This document shows, one piece after another, positions 9,801 to 18,747 of a DNA stretch of 64,000 nucleotides (position 1 is the stretch's first letter; every line of letters begins with the position of its first letter). A program made the translations under genes and the position numbers. Origin of the DNA: a virus (Duplodnaviria > Caudoviricetes); the IMG/VR virus record IMGVR_UViG_3300025133_009061, positions 1-64,000 of that record; one strand, given 5' to 3'. The notes under the pieces were generated by a model. That model was given only the letters and a program-made list of their open reading frames with translations. It was not told where the DNA came from and ran no database searches.

Positions 9801-10640
9801 GAGGTAAGCCAGAGGCTTTCTTTGTTGGGGCGTCTAGGAGATGACCCTCAGACTAGCCGGATGTTTGGTAAAGAGCAGGCTATGTCTAAATATCAGGATT
9901 ATTTAGAGACCGAGACGCAAAGCCGAAAAGATCAAATTAACGCCGTTAAGAAACAAAAAAGGAGCAGGCTTATCGGCGCTTACATGAATGCTGCCATGCT
10001 GATTGGTGGAGCTAAAATAATGGATGGAGCAAAGGCTGCGGCTCCAGCAATGGATCAAGTTAACGCTACAGGAATGCCTGATTGGGCTACGGCAGGTACG
10101 AACATAAACTATGGGCCTACCCCGGATGTTCTGACGTCAACTGGAATGCCTTCTTGGGCGTCAGGACAACCCGGAGACGCTTTGGGTGGGTACAAACATT
10201 ACGCAAACGGAGGCAGTGCGAGCGGTACTCCCGCAATGGTGATGGGTGGAGAATATATAATGAGTCCTGATACTGTTCGGACGTACGGTACCAACTTCAT
10301 GCACGAATTAAATAGGGGTAACGTTCCTAGTTACCAAGGTGGGGGTCCTGTTGGGGGAGCGTCTTTGGGGAATCAAGGTGGTCCTCACAGCGAAACTTTA
10401 ATTGGAGGTAATACAACCAACAATGTTAAGATAAGTGTTAACGTCGATAAAAATGGTAAAACAGACGCTTCCGCAAGTGCAGGTACGGGAACCTCATCTG
10501 GAAAGGGCGACGAAACAGATAGAGACGAAGTAGAAAACAACAAGGCTTTAGGTCAATTGTTGCAAGGAGTTGTCTTGGAGGAGATCGTCAAACAACAACG
10601 ACCCGGTGGTTTGCTACGTAGGAGCCCCAACGCTCCCTAA
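3891..10640 (+). CDS. Tail tape measure protein (TP901-type N-terminal domain)
   Basis: 2249 aa, Ala/Gly-rich. PhageMin_Tail-like segment (AEAATELARQG...RMAKVDAAFAVSSEDLAKSISRVG). C-terminal YAGGG and GGEFVI motifs. Confidence 0.9.
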   Translation: MARDKITVDLMLATKQAEREIARINRKLGDMGKTMGKAFGGTGAGGDKVRALGTGLSKATVKADEFNKSMEASNARVIAFGASAGLIMGIDRALKAMVSSAIKVEKALLDVNVVLNATHRDLEKFGKGMFKVAKDTAQGFDTVAEAATELARQGLGMEKTLGRTKDALILTRLTGMGAADAVKTLTAAVNSFNKEGVTSAQIINRMAKVDAAFAVSSEDLAKSISRVGASAVSAGVNMNELMAITTAVQQKTARGGAVIGNAFKTIFTRLQRKDVLQNLRNLGVAVNDLGTGKALSGIQVLQNLAKEFDGLGKATQASTAEQVAGVFQVNILKAALSDLSSVNSQYASSLRVANSATNEAYERNEQLNQSLDALVNRTLANLTAAGAGLGGTLEPAIKNVLGTVNNVIEAFGKGGSFEEFGKTMGSGLMKGLGAFIGGPGLIVMTAVFGKIALSLGRFAGQALQDVLGLNQATKQRAALEGAVVAHIASEPALLSQVRAGTLNVLAVEKEILATVRLASAERSRIQAYASPLTGALMGRGMRAGPKGATLPGGAAGFVPNFANAGSERVAAAAGGYRAGAIKTMNQPGAGTMMYNSAETVKRFPGMSQSAIMPPQGSPAGAGYKSAFGAAHGFDPYAAGGFVPNFVGVVRPGLRHTGYANQPAMYTQKNKPLTDNQKKGALERGGHLTTPGGNIAMLVPQGQRTGMMTGRGEGKYNKFTAQFPVLSYSKGFLNKKYPREPERVDDLMKAAAADVTRQFAASIKPPARRPGKREVIAALDRTAGARGAFQSAAGASFEVGMDLALDKKAAAQEQRFGDFDLRPPYSKKGREIFGGSFSIGDFKIASGTSSKNSMAGKIAKELITNGPGRRFISHGAKPGKATGFVPNFSPITNAIGREMAAGVPASAIRVGSSPSLKGAGNPGGVGVYNTIHEPAGLQQGISRARSQGVNPKGHGIPNYASPILDPYGKPVASPKSVILADSVDDLAGGSKSAASEMKGAAEEARGMKMAMAGMAAQMLAGAAASNMAPGLGQDMVTGAGSVAGYAGLGFAFGGPVGGGVGAAIGGLGMGVTYLKKHTDEAKLSFDNLSAELQKITENSNQVSQSLGLVGEKIAKLAGERDQGKRVQLVQEMVSEMSNLITNVSDPAVRKQLQTEFGTMDKSRLNQAKLSELKDRILAELGTGKQLKEAQLMGTNVRAGDSSWTQFMSNRLGKGQYGQAAAGGAGLTLGNANPLAWYSRTVGSIGSLLGMGGDSYSWGAAGQAQGGQMRQLSVRQSVPQFATALMKMKGTGGREISELMMGDKGTRTSLESLQSDFEDDGGWKSKTAWKAFEKGGVMMEALKGAGVVGDIRKKIRESLDSTEARNILLRTLFGMEMSAIKTEWGDWMSDAPAVEADATAKLSRKQRGILNQDIGAAEAAPLPDRAPSGLDEYYALIKNLREASASVKEFGLATARQVVHEKQLRSIQSRYDIGLAGKGMGDSRTVARKTMEVALNEAEQGLIDGTKAAINTFTSKVADGFEGMSVEFKKWAAGQNFFKGGFYEGGDTTLMGKGISGSLPGGDSKSKSQMAMSLFRAMTTGNIDRVALRKELEAAQEKVEKGDQTALGVRELTVLQVAPKVLTVLDAAVKEYNTNISKETDLREKAIEAAKTGNKVTLKTIELAGRYARGMELQNQRLGLSRATERLDFIDDDLASGRITGKQYAGFKGSQRKASRDYLGLTEENMKSSIFKDTFTYNAREALEDFEAGQASVAENMKSSFANAFQSISSGANSVQGALANMAQSILNSISQVSSNMFTNMMFSKMGWQGSQGGLVPGYAGGGVVRGGSGYKDDVPTMMQGGEFVIKKSSAQKIGYGNLNAINGYAEGGLTQGPSMWKMGAIGAGASALSGVIGSAMQPGAPSPLPSRDYGLGRGKHGYFGGADPDAGQTDMITGARGSAGVSLGKGFVYYRRDPETGRLISERARPTEGRFEVSQRLSLLGRLGDDPQTSRMFGKEQAMSKYQDYLETETQSRKDQINAVKKQKRSRLIGAYMNAAMLIGGAKIMDGAKAAAPAMDQVNATGMPDWATAGTNINYGPTPDVLTSTGMPSWASGQPGDALGGYKHYANGGSASGTPAMVMGGEYIMSPDTVRTYGTNFMHELNRGNVPSYQGGGPVGGASLGNQGGPHSETLIGGNTTNNVKISVNVDKNGKTDASASAGTGTSSGKGDETDRDEVENNKALGQLLQGVVLEEIVKQQRPGGLLRRSPNAP

Positions 10641-11503
10641 TAATTGAGGGACTCAAGTTTTTTCACCCTTTGGTCCAACAGTTGAAACCTTCGGTCAATT
10701 ATTTCTACCGCTTCGTTGTAGGTGCTTTGGGGATCTATGCTGTTGGGAGGTAAAAGGGGAATGCCATTAACTGGTGAATAGTCAAATGTAATCTGGCACA
10801 ATTCGGCGTCCAAAGTTTCTCCATAATATTTTTTGTTTAAATTTAGGGCCTGTTTTACTATGACAATCTCCCCTTCTTTAACGCCGTCAGGTAGGGGGTA
10901 GGATATATTTATCTTGGTTCCTTCCCCTGTGAATTCTACATGTGTTATATCTCTTTCCAGAATAGAGGCGTTAGGAGAGGAGTCGAATGTTGTTTCCACG
11001 TTTATAGTTTTGCCATGAGAATCCATAAAACTAACAGGAGAGGATGGAGGTATGATATATTTTCCCTTGTCGACGATGACCAATGTCACTTGGTTGTTTT
11101 CGCCAACGTTTTTTATTTCTATTTGGGTATATTTTCCCGTTAGATTTTCACTGGAACTAGAGGGGACACCGCCTTGGGCAAAGAGTCTATCTCCTTCTTT
11201 AAGGTCGGTAATTGAGGAATCCGAGAATTCAACAGTTTCAGCTTCGTATTCAGTGAAGGTTACCGATGTTATATCGTTTCTGAAGAGTTGATGGACGAAA
11301 TTTCCTTTTACGAAAAGTGCTTCTTTAAAGATTGAAAATTTTCTTTTTATAGTTAGGTCTTCCAATGCTTCAGCCCGATAAAAAATATCGTTATTAGCCA
11401 GCTTTACAAAAGCTCCATTTACGCATGAGACGGTTCGCGTGGAGGAAATGTAAAGTTTGTCTTGTCCTTTTTCTATGGAACCAAGAAAAGTTTCAGGTTT
11501 CAT
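10637..11503 (-). CDS. Hypothetical tail-tip-associated protein
   Basis: 288-aa beta-rich ORF directly downstream of J, with a C-terminal coiled coil (IIDRRFQLLDQRVKKLE). Confidence 0.6.
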   Translation of the reverse strand: MKPETFLGSIEKGQDKLYISSTRTVSCVNGAFVKLANNDIFYRAEALEDLTIKRKFSIFKEALFVKGNFVHQLFRNDITSVTFTEYEAETVEFSDSSITDLKEGDRLFAQGGVPSSSSENLTGKYTQIEIKNVGENNQVTLVIVDKGKYIIPPSSPVSFMDSHGKTINVETTFDSSPNASILERDITHVEFTGEGTKINISYPLPDGVKEGEIVIVKQALNLNKKYYGETLDAELCQITFDYSPVNGIPLLPPNSIDPQSTYNEAVEIIDRRFQLLDQRVKKLESLNY

Positions 11504-11512
11504 GTTTATATT

Positions 11513-14500
11513 CTATTGATTAGTCGCTAGAATACCAAATCTAACTTTTATAAGTGAGGGAACCCATTTGTTCATTTCAAATCTCCTTTCGTTATTCACC
11601 CTCATCCTCCCTATACCCTCTCTACCATTGTATGGAGCATATTGGCTACGTAATTTATCCATATAATAGTTTATGATAATGTCACCGCTATCTGGTTTGT
11701 CTACTCGGGTAGAGGTATAAACACCCATTCCTCCATCCATCTCGGGGAAAACAGATATAGCGGATGACTCAAGGTTCTTAAACAGCTCTTGAGTTAATTT
11801 GATTTCAATCCAGATTTGTGTTGCAAAGCCAGAGTTTCCCTTACTTGGTTGTGATACCTTGTATCTGACGGACATTCCTTGGCCTAGAGCTACGTTTTTA
11901 AATACGCAATTCTTTTCAAGCAAAGCGGCTGGAAGCGGGTCCCCTATACCTTCTTCTCCCAAAATTGAATACTTATTGTCGACAGGATATCCCAGTTTAC
12001 CCATTTCCAAATCAACCCACTCCACCGCTTGAAGTGAGGCGAAACTTTGTGTGCTATCGCGTGTCCAAGATTTCTTCTCTTTATCCTTAACGGTCCTCAC
12101 GGGCGTAAGCCCCTCACTGAGAATTCCTAGTTCACACCACCCGCGAAAAGCTAATGCAGTATCCCCGGCTGCCATGATACTGGATTCCCCCATGTATAGG
12201 GAGGTCCCAGCGGGGGCTAGTGACTCATTTATCTTACCGTCTGCCCCCACAATATTAAGAGGCTCCGCGAAGTCTACAGGTATGGTAGACATGTTAATAT
12301 CTCGATCAGTAAAGATTTTGGGGGTTTTCTTGTTAGTTCCATTGTTTTCTCCCACCAGTTTGGCTGTTTTTCCGTCGGCTTCGAAACCTCTTAAAAGTGA
12401 TAGTTCGTCGAAGAAGCCAACAACGAGTTGTATGTTTTCTACTCTTGGGTCTGAAGCCTTTGGGAGAGGGAGACGTAGGGCCTCCAGCGTATCGCTCTCG
12501 TTTAAAAGATAATATCCCCGGTGGAGTTCGTAGTCTACGTCGACCGTTGCTAGGAGACCCTCCGAGCTCAACACGCCGCCAAAAAATTTGTTAGCTTTAG
12601 TCCCTATTAAACCAGCGTTTGTGTTTTCTGTACTATCTACTTTATAAGCATTAGTGCCTTCATTGGCTTTAAGGTCTACTTTAAAGGCCGCGGCCTTCGT
12701 CGGAGTCTGAATGTCGCTCCCGTCACCGAAGGTCATCGTGTTGTCTCCTGTCGTGTAGTAGTAAATAAGTCCCGCTACATTATTAAAGTACTTCTCTAAA
12801 TCTTCGTCGGTGGATACGGTTAGTCCAGCATTTGCCCCTGCTCCTTCCGAGTGTTGAAGCGTAATGTCGAGGAAACCGTTAGGGTACATCGCTGTTTGAG
12901 CCACGTAGGGGTAGTTTTGCGTATAAGCTTCATAAGGCTGAAGCCAGTCGGTCGTAAAAGGGTTGTTATCAAAGGCTCCCGTGGAGGCAAAAATCAGCCC
13001 GCTAGGTGGCTCGATTGAGACGCCCATGATATCGTATTTTGTAGTGCTTCCTGCCCAGTTGGATTCACTTTCATTATTCCCGATAGTATTGGCCCACACC
13101 TCATTTCGCGAACTTGTTTTCCCGTACTGATCATGAGCTTCAACTACTATGTCATATTCGCGTAAAGGAAAATCCTCGTCGTTATTAGTCACAATATAAC
13201 CGCTGGGTTCGGCGCGGATAAAGTACTGCTCATTTTGCTCTCCTTCTTTAATTTCCGCCAGTTCGGTAGCGTCCGTGATTTGGGTGAAAGCGGGTTCACT
13301 TTTCCAAATCGTCGAGTCACCCGTCGGGCTGACTACAGCATCACCACGGAGCCCTGTTACAACATTGGGATCGTTGTAGGTAGATTTAAAGGCGAAATCT
13401 GGAGAAAGCGCCGCCGGGGTGAACCCGGTAAACTCTAGGTAAATTTTACTATCGGGAATGTTGATGCTGTCCGCCTTAGAGGGTTTTCTTATTGTGATGC
13501 GATAATCAGTAAGATTTTGAGCAGGGGTTAATTCATAATAAGGGTCATCATACTTGCCCATGTCCGGATGATCCGGGTCTTTGACTTCATTCATTATCGA
13601 TGTGAAAGAAGCGTTCCATCCAAAAGTTGGTTCCATCGAATCAATGGCATGCATGGTCGTTTTACTACTGCTTGCCGGAACAATGTTTTCCGTGGTCAAT
13701 TGGCTGATGCTGATAGCGTTAGCTATACTAAAGGATTGCGCGTCTGTTTTGGGTGCGTCTATCTTAATTTTACCTAATATCCCGTCAGAAATAGCTCCTT
13801 CTTTAGACAAAGCGAAAACAGCAACGTGATAGTTTTCAATATCAGGTTCGTAAATTAAAAATTCAGCCGTGTAGTCTTTTATTTTTGCGTCAGTAATGTT
13901 TCCATCATCGTCTTTCTTTATTTCGTATGTCCCGTATTTTGACGTCGATCCAGCCGTTTTTCCCGGAATGAAGAGTTCTACACCGGTTTCGTATACCCTC
14001 CAGTTACCGTGATTAACAGCGAAAGGTAGTCGATTCGAACCATCAACCTTGCCTACGTCTTCAGGTAAATTAAAATTTGCTCCACGAGAAATACAAATAG
14101 CGTAATCCAATGTTTCATCCGCTACTGTGTCAGTATTTATGAACTGTTCGGCGCTGTTTTCTGGGTCGGTATTGATTTGAGCAGATTCATAACCGGCAGG
14201 TAAAAACTTCACCTTCAGAGTCAGGTATTTATCCAGTAGAGGCACGTCTGTCTCCGCTGAGTACCCGCTTGGCCACGCATAGTCTATATCAAGGTCTAGA
14301 GCCGTAGATGTTGCGGCTCCGTCCGGTTTAGGCTCACCGTAAGGAAAATAAAGTGGTTTAATCTCATTAATTTCAGCTTGTCTGCCGGTAACGTGTCCAG
14401 TTGGAAACATTGGTATTTTAGAGACGTTTTTACCCTCAAATTTTATAGCGTTTTCGACGTCGTCATATTTTCCGGTCGAGTAAGCTAACGCGGAAACCGA

Positions 14501-17248
14501 ATAGGAGCTATTATCATTTTCCGTCACGTTAACAATTCTATAATCGGAAGAATTTCCACTCACAAATTCGTCGTCATTTGCAGCGGAAGGTTCACAGCTC
14601 CAAATTAGGTTTTGGCCCGAGAAACATCCGCCAGAATAGGATTCCGAAACGGGAGCAGCCGTGTACGCACCTTGTACGTCATCGTTTGTATAACCTGTTA
14701 TGACGTAATTGGTGAAATCAAATTTATTACCGGTCCCTCCAAAGGCGCTTCCTGTGTTAAAGAAAATTTGAGTGCATACGCCGCTGCCGCTTACTAAATA
14801 ATCAGACCTAAAAGTATCGCCTCCCGCAAGAGATCCCGTATAGGTTTTAGTGTGTGCGCCGCTGAAAAACACTGTTTGAAGCTGATTCCTGCTGGTCTTG
14901 TTTGAAGAGTCAAGCTCTTTGGTTCCCGTGGGGTAATCATAAGTTGGGGTAAGAAGATCCAGTTTGTACAATTTATCTGTTTTAAAAGAAATTGCCTGAT
15001 CAACAATGATGTTGTCGAAATTGGTGCCATCAAAGGGAGTGACCTCCCCATCACTATTTTCCGAATCATCCGAGTAAACTAGAGGTTCAACACGATTGGT
15101 TCGACCACTATACTTCAACGGGCTTCTAAAGTTGTCGTAAATTTGAACAACGTCCCCCGGTTTAAGATATGCTCCCTCCATACCGACCCCAAATGATACC
15201 GTTTCGGTTTCGTTAGCTTCGCTAGCCAGAATCCATTTGGCAAAACGTCTGGCTTGACCTTTACTGGTGCATCCCAACGCAGAGGTTTCAATTTCCCTAA
15301 TACCATACCTTCTTACTGATTCTTCGTCTTCGACATATTCGACCGCCGGTTGGAAGAAGTTTCTTTTGTCGTTGTATCTCACTATGGCTACTGTGTGACG
15401 AGCCTTCTTTGCGGAAGAAGCGTAATTAAAATCCCCATTAACGACATTGGACGTAGTAAACTGGGTAAGGGGGTTTTTGAATTTGTCTTGAACGGCCATA
15501 ATGGAACCGTTTGCGTAATAAGCTATGCCACGAAAAGCTGACGCCAAGTCGTTTACGACCTTGAAGGCTTCTTCGCGACTTGATATCATGTAATTGAAGG
15601 TAAATCTAGGTTCTATACCGCCGTAGCCATCAGGGACAAGAACGTCACAGTATTGTGCTATTTCGTAAAGAGCCCATTTGTCAATGTCGTCTTCCTTGAT
15701 GTATTCCCCAAGTCCGTAACGAGGATTAGTTAGAATGTCGTAAAAACACCATGCAGGATTATCGCACCACTCCTTTATAAAGATTTCCTCCTTTGACTCT
15801 TCTGCGTTGCTATCTGTAGTGATATCAGTAGCAGAAAAAGTTTCCTTTTTGAATTCTCCATTCCAATTGTTTTCGTCAAGGGTAGCACATACAGGTTTAT
15901 TCCAGAACGCTTGAGTCTTTTCGCTTCCAGCTCGCGTAGAGAAATACCAAGGGTTAGAACCTGTCCTTCGGCGACTTTTGGTGTTGAAGCTCGCGTTTGG
16001 GAAAGCTGCTGCTTCGTCACTTCTCCCGTATGTTTTTGTTTCGGGGTCGTAATTGTTGGGAACCTTAATCTTCAAAAGACGCGTATCATATGCTCGAGAA
16101 GGAATCCGAGAAAAGGTTTGCGCATCAAATTGAGAATATATCATAGAAGAGTATGGATATCTCAGTTGTGTACCGTAGACTTCTACTATGGAGTCCACGA
16201 AGGAAACATTCCTTAAGAAGGAAGTAAGGGACTCTGGCGTGAGGCGGACAATCCTTATCCTCCACCCCTCAAAAAAAGCAGTATCAGCCAAGTCTTCCTT
16301 GGAAAGATCGATGATAGTGGTTCGAATGTACCCTTGATCTATCTTGCCGGTGACTCGTTCAGTGATGGGACCAATCCATTGTTGTGGAGAGAGAACGGTT
16401 TTATCCAGTACGATATCGACCGTTTTGCCTAAACTTGCCGGTTGGAATCGTTGATCAAAAATAGGTTGATAGTAAATTGCATATTCTATGGTGCGAGCCT
16501 TTGTGTCTCCGTAACCTGCGGACGCCGCTCCTTGCGCTGCTAGTTGAGACGATTTTTTGTAGGTCTTGGGTCCTGCCTGTAGGCTTTCAAACAGGGCATT
16601 TATTTTAATGTTTACCTGTATCTTACTGCATTCTTTATTTAGTATGGTGTAGGTCTTAGAATATTTATCTATTTTTGTGCCCGCTTTTAGTTTAGCCGAT
16701 CTTTCGTCAGTGGGGAATTCTCCATCTCCGCTAGCTACTTCTGGTCCGTACAGTCTTTCGCCGATCCCCCTTTGAACGCTTAAGTCTAGCAGGGGGTCAC
16801 CGGTCATGCCGGTGTAGTTGTTCATGTCAGTACTTAATGTCGGAAGAGTTCCGATAGGTCCTCCAACCACTTGATGGACGTTAACGGATTGAAAGTTATA
16901 ATAACCATCTTTGTCAACAACTGGAACGTCATTCCAGTAAATAGAACGTAAAAAACCCAACTGCAACTGTTCGGCGCTGTTTGTAAGAGAGGCTGTTACG
17001 GGACCACTTATTCCGGTAGCTAAGAAAAGATCGAGAGTGACTTGGGTGTATCCTGTTTCGCCTTCGTTCCCCATGTATTGGTAGTTACCGCTTACAAGAC
17101 CGTCTATTTCTCCTTCGCTTAGCAAGTCTGCGGTTTCAGCGTAAGAACGAGAAGTTACATAGTCATAGTCAGGGGCTGTACCCACCCTTACAGCGGAAAC
17201 ATCAGTTACGACTGGGCGTCCTTGTTTTTGTTTTTTCTTTTTTCCCAT
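11513..17248 (-). CDS. Tail tip / host-specificity protein, lambda gpJ-like, with long C-terminal extension
   Basis: DLLSEGEIDGL, WCDNPAWCFYDILTNPRYGLG, EPRFTFN, GCTSKGQARRFAKW, PGDVVQIYD. Start moved to ATG 17248 (MGKKKK), 7 nt after the gpI-like stop. Confidence 0.9.
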   Translation of the reverse strand: MGKKKKQKQGRPVVTDVSAVRVGTAPDYDYVTSRSYAETADLLSEGEIDGLVSGNYQYMGNEGETGYTQVTLDLFLATGISGPVTASLTNSAEQLQLGFLRSIYWNDVPVVDKDGYYNFQSVNVHQVVGGPIGTLPTLSTDMNNYTGMTGDPLLDLSVQRGIGERLYGPEVASGDGEFPTDERSAKLKAGTKIDKYSKTYTILNKECSKIQVNIKINALFESLQAGPKTYKKSSQLAAQGAASAGYGDTKARTIEYAIYYQPIFDQRFQPASLGKTVDIVLDKTVLSPQQWIGPITERVTGKIDQGYIRTTIIDLSKEDLADTAFFEGWRIRIVRLTPESLTSFLRNVSFVDSIVEVYGTQLRYPYSSMIYSQFDAQTFSRIPSRAYDTRLLKIKVPNNYDPETKTYGRSDEAAAFPNASFNTKSRRRTGSNPWYFSTRAGSEKTQAFWNKPVCATLDENNWNGEFKKETFSATDITTDSNAEESKEEIFIKEWCDNPAWCFYDILTNPRYGLGEYIKEDDIDKWALYEIAQYCDVLVPDGYGGIEPRFTFNYMISSREEAFKVVNDLASAFRGIAYYANGSIMAVQDKFKNPLTQFTTSNVVNGDFNYASSAKKARHTVAIVRYNDKRNFFQPAVEYVEDEESVRRYGIREIETSALGCTSKGQARRFAKWILASEANETETVSFGVGMEGAYLKPGDVVQIYDNFRSPLKYSGRTNRVEPLVYSDDSENSDGEVTPFDGTNFDNIIVDQAISFKTDKLYKLDLLTPTYDYPTGTKELDSSNKTSRNQLQTVFFSGAHTKTYTGSLAGGDTFRSDYLVSGSGVCTQIFFNTGSAFGGTGNKFDFTNYVITGYTNDDVQGAYTAAPVSESYSGGCFSGQNLIWSCEPSAANDDEFVSGNSSDYRIVNVTENDNSSYSVSALAYSTGKYDDVENAIKFEGKNVSKIPMFPTGHVTGRQAEINEIKPLYFPYGEPKPDGAATSTALDLDIDYAWPSGYSAETDVPLLDKYLTLKVKFLPAGYESAQINTDPENSAEQFINTDTVADETLDYAICISRGANFNLPEDVGKVDGSNRLPFAVNHGNWRVYETGVELFIPGKTAGSTSKYGTYEIKKDDDGNITDAKIKDYTAEFLIYEPDIENYHVAVFALSKEGAISDGILGKIKIDAPKTDAQSFSIANAISISQLTTENIVPASSSKTTMHAIDSMEPTFGWNASFTSIMNEVKDPDHPDMGKYDDPYYELTPAQNLTDYRITIRKPSKADSINIPDSKIYLEFTGFTPAALSPDFAFKSTYNDPNVVTGLRGDAVVSPTGDSTIWKSEPAFTQITDATELAEIKEGEQNEQYFIRAEPSGYIVTNNDEDFPLREYDIVVEAHDQYGKTSSRNEVWANTIGNNESESNWAGSTTKYDIMGVSIEPPSGLIFASTGAFDNNPFTTDWLQPYEAYTQNYPYVAQTAMYPNGFLDITLQHSEGAGANAGLTVSTDEDLEKYFNNVAGLIYYYTTGDNTMTFGDGSDIQTPTKAAAFKVDLKANEGTNAYKVDSTENTNAGLIGTKANKFFGGVLSSEGLLATVDVDYELHRGYYLLNESDTLEALRLPLPKASDPRVENIQLVVGFFDELSLLRGFEADGKTAKLVGENNGTNKKTPKIFTDRDINMSTIPVDFAEPLNIVGADGKINESLAPAGTSLYMGESSIMAAGDTALAFRGWCELGILSEGLTPVRTVKDKEKKSWTRDSTQSFASLQAVEWVDLEMGKLGYPVDNKYSILGEEGIGDPLPAALLEKNCVFKNVALGQGMSVRYKVSQPSKGNSGFATQIWIEIKLTQELFKNLESSAISVFPEMDGGMGVYTSTRVDKPDSGDIIINYYMDKLRSQYAPYNGREGIGRMRVNNERRFEMNKWVPSLIKVRFGILATNQ

Positions 17249-17255
17249 ATTTTCC

Positions 17256-18023
17256 TTAGTCGTTCGGTGTTGATCCCCATTTCGATACACGATTAGCCAA
17301 GAGGCCTCCTGCATTAGGAATATTATAAAGAAGGCCGTACTTGGTCTGCCCCCATGTATCTTTCGGGAGCACCTCAGCCGGAGAATTTACAGTATCTACG
17401 GCGGATTGAATAACATGGCTTCCTATTACTAAGCGACCGTAACCAACAAACACCGGTCCCCCTTCTCTTATTGTGTTTTGAGGACCCCCTAAAAGATAAG
17501 CCTTTCCTCCTCCTTGTTCTATTTCCCTAAAGTCTCCAAACTTGGGCATTTCTGTTAAAAGGTTAGTGACACCCGCTGCCACAAGTCCTATGCCACCTAA
17601 AACATAAGCGGCCTGCATTCCGGAACTAAGTGATGCTCCTAGCCCGAAGGCTCCTACCCCTGTCGCTATTAAGACTATCCCTAGGATTATAGTAAAAATG
17701 TCCATGATCTCTGAACCTTCCAGTACCGGAACTATGTCTATTCTTTCTATTTTTTTTGTTTTCATTACGAGTTCCGAAGCAGCCAACCCTTCCGCAGTAT
17801 TAGGGTCCTTTCCCTCTTCGGTCGCAAAATCTTGTTCGTTTATCAGTACCCGATATTTAATATTTTTCCTATCGTTTTCGAGAAGTTGTGAGTAAAATGT
17901 CTTTGCGTTACATTGGATTCCTCTCACTGCATCTCCAACGCTGTTGACAGCGAGGTTCCAGTCGGACTGCCCCATTTGCTCTCCCAAAATGCCATGAAGC
18001 TTTATGTTAACTAGTTTATTCAT
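17256..18023 (-). CDS. Tail assembly protein, lambda gpI-like
   Basis: VNIKLHGILGE ubiquitin-like N-terminus, IDIVPVLEGS, hydrophobic segment, GGPVFVGYGRLVIGS. Confidence 0.85.
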   Translation of the reverse strand: MNKLVNIKLHGILGEQMGQSDWNLAVNSVGDAVRGIQCNAKTFYSQLLENDRKNIKYRVLINEQDFATEEGKDPNTAEGLAASELVMKTKKIERIDIVPVLEGSEIMDIFTIILGIVLIATGVGAFGLGASLSSGMQAAYVLGGIGLVAAGVTNLLTEMPKFGDFREIEQGGGKAYLLGGPQNTIREGGPVFVGYGRLVIGSHVIQSAVDTVNSPAEVLPKDTWGQTKYGLLYNIPNAGGLLANRVSKWGSTPND

Positions 18024-18747
18024 ATTTCTTATGTCTATATATTTTATACATTCTCTTCTTGTAAATAGAACTTAAATCTTCGATACAGGGGTATTTGTTA
18101 CGAGCGTGGTGAATCATGGTTCCGTTTCCCAAGTAAACGGATACATGGTTGGGCCCCCCTCCTTTTATGAATTCAAACACTAATACGTCGTGTTTTTTTA
18201 GTTGTGACGAAGGGTCCAGTTCTATTCCGATATTTTTTTTATTAAGCTGGAAAAGTCGGGCGATTAAATAGGGATCTTTTTTATACCAATCGTTTCCTAA
18301 AGTGTTTTCTCCCTCGAGTTTTATTCCTAGGTTCGCATAGTACTCTTTCACTATACTGTAGCAATCTGATTTGCCTATTTCAAACAGGCGGTTATAAAGG
18401 AAAGTTTTGTTCTTCTTGTAATCAAAAAAAGAGAAAGTGTCCTTGTTGGTGTTATATAATATATAATTAATTTGGTGAATGCGACTGTTATTCATGTCGT
18501 TCACCGAGAATTCTTCGTTTGCGGAGTTGTGGGAATGGTAGGTAGCCACAATTTTACCGTTACGTGAAGCACGTAAGTAGTCTGATGGGTTTATAGAAAA
18601 ATGAGCAGTAGGTTTTTCTGAACTATTCCTGCATGGAAATGAAGTTGGGGCGTTATCTTGATCCACTATTAACCCACAACACTCGTTAGGTTTTTCGCGA
18701 AAGGCGTGATCCTTTATTCTTTCTTTAATTAACGGGGAAAGTTTCAT
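18016..18747 (-). CDS. Tail assembly protein, lambda gpK-like (JAB/MPN plus NlpC/P60)
   Basis: ECCG and HSHNSANEEFSVND (JAB motif); SDCYSIV and NHVSVYLGNGTMIHH (NlpC/P60 Cys-His). Confidence 0.9.
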   Translation of the reverse strand: MKLSPLIKERIKDHAFREKPNECCGLIVDQDNAPTSFPCRNSSEKPTAHFSINPSDYLRASRNGKIVATYHSHNSANEEFSVNDMNNSRIHQINYILYNTNKDTFSFFDYKKNKTFLYNRLFEIGKSDCYSIVKEYYANLGIKLEGENTLGNDWYKKDPYLIARLFQLNKKNIGIELDPSSQLKKHDVLVFEFIKGGGPNHVSVYLGNGTMIHHARNKYPCIEDLSSIYKKRMYKIYRHKKYE

